Shown: positions 33,697-41,245 of the stretch, in pieces
How the letters are laid out: every line of letters begins with the position of its first letter
Numbering within the stretch: the stretch's first letter is position 1
DNA from: Chrysochromulina tobinii
Taxonomy: Eukaryota
NCBI GenBank assembly: GCA_001275005.1
Contig: JWZX01003369.1
Coordinates: 1 to 41,245 of the forward strand
Length of the DNA: 41,245 nt
Reading direction: 5' to 3'
Made by a program: the position numbers and the translations under genes
The notes under the pieces: generated by a model
What the model saw: only the letters and a program-made list of their open reading frames with translations
What the model was told of the DNA's origin: nothing
Database searches by the model: none

Positions 33697-34187
33697 CAGG
33701 GGCACGTGCCAGAGGGCGGCCAGCAAGTATTTGCGCCTGATTGCGCATACGATTACCATGCCACCGAATGTCTGCACCGAGACGTCCATACCGTGCCCTG
33801 AATACTGAAGTGCAAACGATACGTCCATGCAGCTGTACCAGGCACCAGCAGTGCGCACAGCTGTGCGGCAGAAGTAGCGTGACTTTTCCGCGCGGTACCG
33901 TCGCGCATTCAACATGATTGTTCATTGCGATAGCGGCCCTCGTGCTTGGGGGTCCGAATGTGCTCGTTATTTGTGGATCAGCAAACATATATTGCCAGAC
34001 AATAACGATTGTTAAAACTCCGCCAGCTCTCTGCCGGTGATGCACATAGAGAGAGAAGACCTCCGCATGTAATTCCGTTACATGTAGGTTCCTACGCCTC
34101 CCCTTTCGCGAGAGCGAGCGAGAACTCGAGCGAGCAATGCGGCAGGGCCTTCGCAAATCGTCCGTAGGCTTCCTGGCCACGTTCGTC

Positions 34188-36779
34188 ATGAATCAACAGG
34201 GTAGCTTAACCTCAGGTGGCGGGGCGTCTTGGATGGGGCGTGCACGTGCAAGCATCGGTCGCCGCAAGTACGAGGCGCAGCTGCTGGCGACAGCAGCGCA
34301 GCAGGGGGGCACTGCGGTGCAGGGCGACGAGACACTCAATTCGTCCGAAGCCTTTGTGCAGCGCCAGCGCATCAAGCGAGAGGCTATCGTGCGAACCGTC
34401 TTGGGCAAGTGGTGGGCCGTCGCGCTTGCGATGGCGCGGCGCTCGAGGCCGGGCTGCACCTCACTCGACTTTGACACGTACGAAAGCATCTACCACTCGC
34501 TCTTCCTGCAGATCGTCGGGCCGGAGGACTACGACGCCGATGAGGCGGACGAGTCGGTCGCCGAGGAGTTTGCCAACGACGCCGAAGGGGAGCTCGAGAT
34601 GAGTCAAGCGCAGTTCACGGACGGTATGTTTGAGATGGCGGACCTGCACGTACCCTCCCTCGAGGCTAGCGAGTACGTGGCCTTTCTGTCGACCCTGCTC
34701 GAAGCGATCACGGACGGCAACGGCGGCCTCGTAACCGTCAACAGGGCCGTGCGTGAAGGCGGTGGTGGCGCGATGAGCAAGACAGACCTCTCTAAGGCAG
34801 AGGCTCGGCTGGCAGATCTCAAGCGGCGAGCGGCGACAGGCGAATTGACGGACGCAGAGCGGAGGGAGATGGAAGCTCTTGAGCGCAAGCTCGCGGTACA
34901 CACAGCGGCCGCTCGCAAGGCAGCTTCCGGCGGCGCTCCCGTGGCCTCGAGCGGTGGCGCGTACAGCGCTGAGGGCATCGGCAGCGGGTATGGCATGTCG
35001 GGCATCGGGTGTGGCGTACTTCTCAGCGGTGGCGGCGGCGGGTACAGCGCACTTGAAGGCAGTGGATACAGCTCGCCTGGCGGCGGCGGCACTGGGAATG
35101 GCGCACTGGGCGGCAGCAGCCGCAGCAGCGGCATCGGTGCTAGCCCCGGCGGCAGTGCAGAGCAGCGGGCGCTGAGAACGAGCGCTGCCGAGTCGGCAAT
35201 GTGGCCGCCGTCGACGGATGCTGTTGCTCATCGCGGGACCGTTTGCACCGCGAGCACCGCAGAGCACGGCCCAAGGGTTCACAAGCGGCCCGGCAAGGGC
35301 GACAGACCCGATCGTGAGCTCGCCCAAAACAACCCCAGGCCCGTAGTATGGGAGCCTCCGCCTTCTTGGGATCCGGAGGAGATGCTCAGCCAGTCGAGAT
35401 TGCGCCTCAATTGCGTCGGGTGCTCTGGCGGAGTCGAGCAGTGCATCGAGTGCTGGCGGGCCGAGCGCGTCCTCCGCAAGAAGCTCGACTTGCAGCGCCA
35501 GCGCGCCGTCAGCACGGCCGACGCCTCCCCGTGCCCATGCTGGTGGATCGACGACACGCCACCCGTCTTTTATCGGCGTGCGCAGGCGAGCCTGCCTTCA
35601 GCTCCATCGTCACAGCGGCTGTCGCTCGCATGCCTGAACCCAAGTGATGGTGTCCTTCACACCTTGAGTACGTCTCGCTCGCTCATGGCCGGGATGACTC
35701 TGGGGCTCGGGCGCACCCCAAACTCGGCCCCGGAGCCATCCCGAGATATGCCCCGAGATGCTCTCACGCGCGCCCCAAGCTCAGCCCTCGTCGAGGCCGC
35801 CGCCGCTTCGGGAGAGGCTCCCATGGGGTATATCTCGGGGCATATCTCGGGAGAGGCTCCCATGGGGTATATCTCGGGGTATATCTCGGGAGAGGCTCCC
35901 ATGGGGCATATCTCGGGGCATATCTCGGGAGAGGCTCCCGTGGGGCGTTCTATGCTACTTCCGAGCCTCGGACGCTCCTCTTCGCTGCCCGCGCTGCGCA
36001 CCTCCATGCGCCCACTTCACACGCCGCTGCTACCGCCCTCGCCGGATGCGCCGGTTGCTCCCACGCTGTGCTTGGCCGCGATCGGTGATGCGGTCCCCAG
36101 TGTCGTTGGCGAGCTGCATGGTGGGGTGTCGAGGGGGTGTGGCAACATGAGCTGCAAGCCGCCGCGCCGCAGCCGGCAAGAGGTAACGAGCGCGGAGGAG
36201 CAGCTGGCAGCTGCGAGCTTGGGTCGTGTGGCAGCGATGAGCTTGGACCGTGTGGCAGTGGCTGCAGCAGGAGAATATCATAGTCATACAGAGCCCCCGT
36301 CATTCTGTGCTCCTACCACCGCCGTCGCCGCCGCCACATCCCTAAGGGAGGCCTCGCTGAGGGAGGCACCGCTAAGGGAGGCACCGCTAAGGGAGGCCTC
36401 GCTAGGGGAGGCCTCGCTAGGGGAGGCCTCGCTAAGGGAGGCACCGCGCGGCCGCGCCGAGACGCGGAAGCATGGCCGCCTCGGGAGCCTTGCAGCCACG
36501 TCGACCTCAGCGGCTACCGGTATGAAGGCATCGCGCGTGGGCAGCATCCATGTAGGCAGCAGCAATGGCGGCGGCGCGCTTGGAAGTGCCAAATTTGGAA
36601 GTGCAGGCTCGAGGCATGGCGCCGGCGCCCGAAGCTTCAAAATCAAGCGCCTGTCATCTCCTGCCACTTGGCATTTGCCGCTCACCGCGTGGATGGGCGA
36701 CCCGACGACAGAACGGGGCGGCGGCGCGGTGGCCGGAGGCGGCCACATAGGCCCATGCTGGGCGCCGGGCTGCCCTTGA
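34188..36779 (+). CDS. Hypothetical protein: N-terminal acidic helical (EF-hand-like) domain and long low-complexity tail
   Basis: Long ORF with a globular-looking segment KWW...LDFDTY...EEFAND...FTDGMFEMAD...EYVAFLSTLLEAIT. Start (34188, or ORF start near 34137) and possible 3' introns are uncertain. Confidence 0.6.
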   Translation: MNQQGSLTSGGGASWMGRARASIGRRKYEAQLLATAAQQGGTAVQGDETLNSSEAFVQRQRIKREAIVRTVLGKWWAVALAMARRSRPGCTSLDFDTYESIYHSLFLQIVGPEDYDADEADESVAEEFANDAEGELEMSQAQFTDGMFEMADLHVPSLEASEYVAFLSTLLEAITDGNGGLVTVNRAVREGGGGAMSKTDLSKAEARLADLKRRAATGELTDAERREMEALERKLAVHTAAARKAASGGAPVASSGGAYSAEGIGSGYGMSGIGCGVLLSGGGGGYSALEGSGYSSPGGGGTGNGALGGSSRSSGIGASPGGSAEQRALRTSAAESAMWPPSTDAVAHRGTVCTASTAEHGPRVHKRPGKGDRPDRELAQNNPRPVVWEPPPSWDPEEMLSQSRLRLNCVGCSGGVEQCIECWRAERVLRKKLDLQRQRAVSTADASPCPCWWIDDTPPVFYRRAQASLPSAPSSQRLSLACLNPSDGVLHTLSTSRSLMAGMTLGLGRTPNSAPEPSRDMPRDALTRAPSSALVEAAAASGEAPMGYISGHISGEAPMGYISGYISGEAPMGHISGHISGEAPVGRSMLLPSLGRSSSLPALRTSMRPLHTPLLPPSPDAPVAPTLCLAAIGDAVPSVVGELHGGVSRGCGNMSCKPPRRSRQEVTSAEEQLAAASLGRVAAMSLDRVAVAAAGEYHSHTEPPSFCAPTTAVAAATSLREASLREAPLREAPLREASLGEASLGEASLREAPRGRAETRKHGRLGSLAATSTSAATGMKASRVGSIHVGSSNGGGALGSAKFGSAGSRHGAGARSFKIKRLSSPATWHLPLTAWMGDPTTERGGGAVAGGGHIGPCWAPGCP
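35808..35946 (+). repeat. 39-nt coding tandem repeat, ~3.5 copies (SGEAPMGYISGHI)
   Basis: Read directly from the sequence. Confidence 0.92.
36342..36446 (+). repeat. 15-nt coding tandem repeat x7 (L(R/G)EA(S/P))
   Basis: CTAAGGGAGGCCTCG variants. Confidence 0.92.
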
Positions 36780-36950
36780 GCCTCACGCGCTCTATTGACC
36801 TGCTCGTTCCCTTTGCTCCCCCGCCGAGCCTCGCCGCTGCCCCGCGCGCACGTCGCGGGTAAAGCCGCTTACCGTTCTAGACGTAGTAAGGACTAACATC
36901 GCGTTGTGAAGGTGTCTAACCTAAGGACGCTAGGAGGTTGCCATGGAGGT

Positions 36951-37209
36951 TGCTCCCCGAGGGAGCAGCGACAATAATTTTTCTATTGATGATCGGATAC
37001 AACATACGCGATGCGGCTTTTCGGGGGAGGGCTGCGCGCCGCCAGGCGGCGCCTGCGGCGCCGCTTAGCGCCGCTGCGCGGCGCAATTTTGTTGCGCGCT
37101 GCGCGCGCAAAATATCTCTACCAGTATCGAAAAGTCGCCGGGTTTCCGCAAATAGAACGACAAAATCCGTACTTCAAGTCATGTCGGTCACACCGCGCGC
37201 TACGCGCGC
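36951..37209. repeat. Cluster of five GC-rich triloop hairpins
   Basis: Perfect 6-8 bp stems at 36951-36967, 37046-37064, 37068-37084, 37092-37110 and 37195-37209. Confidence 0.8.
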
Positions 37210-37552
37210 CCCGTGGGCGTTCACACAACACACACTTCGTCAGCACTCACGTGCTCTCCTCACCTAGAGGGATCGGCATCCTCGCGCAGTCCCCACGGCG
37301 CGACCAGAGGGCAGGACAGGGGGTCCGACGCGTGCGTCGCCCGCGTCGGACCCCCCCATCCACACAGCCATCACACAGGGTTCGAACGCGGCACGGCTCC
37401 AGCGCCGGAAGTCTCGGTCCTCCTCACTCTCAGTACTCTCTCAGCAGCCGCTCGGTTGAGGTCGGGCGGGTGGGCAACCAATGGGCGGCTGCTGTGCACC
37501 CACCTTCGGACCGGGTCACGTGGGGTTTCCTATCCTTTTTATTGGGGGGGGT

Positions 37553-37874
37553 TCCTATCGGATACGTATCCTGATGTAATGTGATGTGTCTTGCATGTAT
37601 CCTGATCGTATCTTGACGTGTCCCGTACATGTACGTCAAGATACATCGAGATACATCAGGATACATGTTGTATCTGTGACTTTGGCATCATTGAACCCAG
37701 CATCATTGGAAATGTATCTTAACCAGGGATATGTATCCTTCTTTAAGATACATTTAGGATACATTTAGAATACAACGTATCTTAACCATCAGATACATGC
37801 TGGCACACAAGATACACTCATGATACATGTCGAATACATAGGGATACATTCGAGGATACGTATCTCGAGCCCTA
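37553..37874. mobile_element. MITE/foldback-like element built from GATAC/GTATC motifs, with imperfect ~60-bp terminal inverted repeats
   Basis: The left end GATACGTATCCTGATGTA..CATGTATCCTGATCGTATCTTG aligns with the reverse complement of the right end, GATACGTATCCTCGAATGTA..CATGTATCATGAGTGTATCTTG. AT-rich and non-coding. No TSD found. Confidence 0.55.
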
Positions 37875-38245
37875 CTTGCGGGGGCGCTTGGATGAGCGCT
37901 TGGATGACGCCTTGGGCGACGCCTTGGGCGCGTCCTGAGCTGCCTTAGGTACCTTGGCAGGTGCCTGAGCACCCTTGCCCTACCCTTGCCTCCCTTCCCC
38001 TTCTTGGCTGGGGGCTCAGTTGCTTCTTCTCCTTCTTCCTCCTCGCCGTCGCCCTCGACGGCGTCGTCCTTGTCCTCATTGATCTCCTCCTCCTCATCTT
38101 GCTCCGCGGTGTCGGAGGGCAGGAAGCCCTTCTGGTAGAAGTAGCCGGTGGAGTGCTGGATGATGCGGTAGTGCTTGCCATCCTTGGACACGCGCTTCCA
38201 CACGCACTCCTCCGCCTTGAAGTTTTGCTTGCCGCCACGGGAGTT
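37872..38245 (-). pseudogene. Orphan 3' gene fragment or exon: acidic tract followed by a Lys-rich NLS-like tail
   Basis: SRGGKQNFKAEECVWKRVSKDGKHYRIIQHSTGYFYQKGFLPSD-(E/D-rich)-PPAKKGKGGKG. Adding one G at ~37979 continues the frame as RGKGAQAPAKVPK...KRSSKRPRK*. No convincing start or acceptor was found. Confidence 0.4.
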
Positions 38246-38616
38246 GAAAAAAAAAATGCAATCCCAACTTGTTCCAAAAAAGGGTATAATGATGAGCATT
38301 TCGTCGACGGGCTGATGACGACAAAATGTTCGGCATGCCTTCGTTGCTTTTGCCCCTCTCTAGCTCACTTGTACCGTACTGCTAAAGCTCACTTGGTTCG
38401 CGCGACATATACATATTCCACGTACATACGATCTACCGGTCGCTCGATGTGTCTTGTTGAAGCACTTCCGGGCCGGGGGCGACTCAGGTCTCTGCGCGGT
38501 GAGCACGTAGGCCGTACGTTACTCGTTAGCGGGAGCTGTGGCCTGCGCGAGCCGGAGAGCTCATCACACGATACACACACACACACGCAGTTTTCACGCA
38601 GTAGACGCCGGCCCGT

Positions 38617-41245
38617 TCACAACCAGTGTAAACACGATCCGCTATATTCTGACAGGTCCTGTTCGTACTCTCTCATACTGACAGTTCGTGTAAATAAATC
38701 TCTCAAAACGAAAAGGCTGTGGGTGGCGGCGGCGGCGGCACCCTCGGCGGCAGCTCCGGCCACACAATCATCTCGAACAGCGCTGGCGGCGGCGGCGGGC
38801 GGCGGGGGAGCGGCGGCAGGGACGGGGGCGTCTGTGTGGCCATATCTTCCATTTCCGCCCTCGTCGCCGTCCTCGTCGTCCTCGTCGCCCTCTCGGCTGT
38901 CGCCCCGGCTCGCCACGCGCCGATCGCGTGATGACGATCATCATCATCATCGGCTGGCCTTTGGACCCGGTGCGCACTACGTGGCGTCGCATGATGACGA
39001 TCATCATCACCGTCGGCTGGCCAGTGGACACGTGGCAACGATGAGGCCTCACGCGAGCCCATCGCGTGATGACGATGATCATCACGCGAGCCCATCGCGT
39101 GATGACGATGATCATCACGCGAGCCGATCGCAGTTGACCTAGACGCACCCGCACCCGCGCCCGCCGCGCCCGCTTCCGCTTCAGCTCCGTCACCCGCAAT
39201 GATAGGGGTCGCCCCTGCCATATTAGGCAAGCGAAGAGGGATGGCTCGGCCGCTCGCGCTCAGAGTGCCGTGCGTCGCCAGTTGACCTGCGGAGTCGAGC
39301 ACCTGCCAGTACTCAAAGGCTCCGCCGCTCGGGGCCGCGAGTTGGGGCGGCGGCGCGTTAGCGGCGGTGGGGAGCTCCCTCAGGTTTGCAGCTGCCTCGT
39401 CCTCTTCCGCCGCCGCTGCCGCCGCCGCCGCCGCCTCCTCCGCTGCCGCTGCCGCCGTGGCCGCAAGCGGGATAGACCAAGAGGATCTTGCCAGATAACC
39501 CATGGAATGTCCCATATAAGGGTTGTCATCCCAATACGACTCTCCCATATTAGGTTCATCTACCATATTAGGGTCGCCTTCCCGATATCCCCCAGCGGCG
39601 GCTTCCATGGCGGACGCCCACGCCGCCTCCACCGCCGCCTCCACCGCCACCGCCTCCGGCAGCGTGCCACGTTGTGCGGCAGGTGGCGGCGGGTAGCCGT
39701 GCAACTGTTGATGGGCGGCGACCGTCGCAGCGGCGGAGGGAGGGAAGAGGCTGAGCCGTCGAACGGCACTAGTGGCAGCTTGCACCTCCTCGCTCAAACG
39801 CATGCGTGCATCAGTAGCCGCTGCCGCATCAGTAGCGCTCGAGGGCAGCGGCAGAAACGAGGCGCCGCGGAAACCGCCGCCGAGGCCGCCGCCACGGCCG
39901 CCGCCGCCGCTGCTATCACCGCCGCCAAAGTTACCGCCGCCGCCTCGGGTCGCTGCCATATTAGGGTCGCCTCGGGCTTTCGCCGCGTGCTCCGAAACGG
40001 CTCTCTTGAACTCGGCGCTGAACGTGGGCTCGCGCCGTGTCGGGCGCGACCGGGCGGCGGCGGCGGGGGGGTCGAAGAGGTCCAAAGCAGCCGCCGCGGT
40101 GGAGGAGGCGGTGGAGGCGTAGACGGAGGCGGCGGTGGAGGCGGCAGTGTCCGTTGTCGGTAGGAGGGGAAATGAGAGAGCAGCCCACCGGCGCCGAAGC
40201 TCATGCAAGCTCTCGTCCGCATGCATCGAGCCCAAGTCACGTGCAGAGGGCATTGGCCTAGCGGGCGCATCGAAAGTGGCCATCGAGCCGCCAGACGAGG
40301 ACGGCGCCGCTTCCGACGACAACCCTAATCCGGCAGGTGAAAGCCCGCTCCTGCCTAATATGGGCAGCGTCGCTCCAATCGACCCACCGCCCTGTGCATG
40401 CGCCACCGCCGGCAGTGCCGCACAGTACGCCGACGCCAGCGAGCCCGCAGGCGCGGCGCCGTCGCGGGCAGCTGCGGCCCTCTCCTCGTCCGCGTCGCTG
40501 CCCGTCAGCGCCCATAGCGGCGCGAGCTCGAGCGCCGTCATGAGCGCCGGAACGAGCGCCGTCGCGGGCGCCGTCGCGGGCGACGGCGTACGCGGCAGGT
40601 GCATCGTGCCGGGCGTCGTGCCGGGCGTCGTGCCGGGCGTCGTGCCGGGCGTCGTGCCGAGCGTCGTGCCGGGCGTCGTGCCGGGCGTCGTGCCGGGCGT
40701 CGGGCGTCGCCCTTCTAGGCCTCCCCGATTCGTCAGGCGCCGTACCGGGCACACTGCCCTGCCCCGTACCAGGCCCCTCGCCCCGGCCTCGCGGCGCCGT
40801 GTCGGGCGCGGCGCGCCGCACGCCCAGCGCGCCTCGGACGGGCTTCATCACCTCATGGAGCTCTGCCAGCGACGCACGCACATCGCCCAACGTCGCCGCA
40901 CCGAGATCTCCCCGAGATCGCTTATCGTCCAACCACGCGGCACCGAGATCTCCACCGAGATCTCCACCGAGATCTCCACCGAGATCTCCACCGAGATCGA
41001 CCGCTCCATCTCCGCGTGCATCTCCGCGTGCATCTCCGCGTGCATCTCCGCGTGCAGCTCCGCCCTTTTCTCCGACGGCCCCGGCGGCGGCCGCGGCCGC
41101 AGACGCGGCGGCGGTGGCGGCGGCGATGAGACGTCGGGCGGCGGCCGTCTCCGCCGCCACCGCCTCCGCCGCAGCGAGTCCGGCGGCGGCGGCGTCGGCG
41201 GCGTCGGCGGCGGCGCGGCAGAGCCCGGAAGCTTCGCGAGCGGCG
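38617..41245 (-). CDS. Ala-rich low-complexity hypothetical gene, 5' end outside the window, exon structure unresolved
   Basis: Overlapping protein-like minus-strand ORFs 40258..41160, 38703..40754 and 38617..38916. A possible intron 39138-38897 joins the last two in frame. Confidence 0.4.
38923..39131. repeat. Palindromic 33-nt repeat (TCGCGTGATGACGATGATCATCACGCGAGCCCA) x2 plus two degenerate copies
   Basis: 11-bp stem TCGCGTGATGA/TCATCACGCGA in the two intact copies. Confidence 0.85.
40605..40701. repeat. 12-nt tandem repeat TCGTGCCGGGCG x8
   Basis: Read directly from the sequence. Confidence 0.95.
40941..41056. repeat. Adjacent 12-nt tandem repeats CACCGAGATCTC (~5x) and CATCTCCGCGTG (~4x)
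   Basis: Read directly from the sequence. Confidence 0.93.

Noticed and set aside
38923..39131. CRISPR-like palindromic repeats with spacers
   Set aside because: Only four degenerate copies, two directly adjacent without a spacer. The context is eukaryotic and no cas genes are present.
1..41245. tRNA, rRNA, transposase/RT ORFs or viral hallmark genes
   Set aside because: None recognised by eye. tRNAscan-SE, Infernal and HMM searches would be needed to exclude divergent cases.

Overview
Gene-dense, high-GC eukaryotic genomic DNA with GT-AG spliceosomal introns. It is most likely from a haptophyte alga (Chrysochromulina/Emiliania-like); this is inferred from the delta-5 desaturase sequence and the intron style, not from a database search. 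About 16 protein-coding loci can be read: a Wss1/WLM protease, a cold-shock-domain plus ZNFX1-like SF1 helicase, a small 3-exon helical protein, an EF-hand protein, a Kelch protein, a METTL21-type methyltransferase, a TPR-JmjC oxygenase, a coiled-coil protein, a PUT/LAT-type APC transporter, a front-end delta-5 desaturase, a Syntaxin6_N-GTPase-LRR(WW) protein, a full-size ABCB transporter and several hypotheticals. Five single-G indels and one in-frame TAG interrupt otherwise intact reading frames. Most notable: (i) a family of short introns filled with sense-oriented 10-11 nt branch-point-like tandem repeats, several with 8-21 nt direct repeats across both splice junctions, suggesting recent intron gain; (ii) an NLR-like tripartite GTPase-LRR gene with a WW domain inserted inside the LRR array; (iii) a CSD-fused, zinc-finger-less ZNFX1-like helicase; (iv) a hairpin- and MITE-rich non-coding block at 36.9-38.3 kb. 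No rRNA, tRNA or CRISPR array was recognised. All gene models were built by hand.
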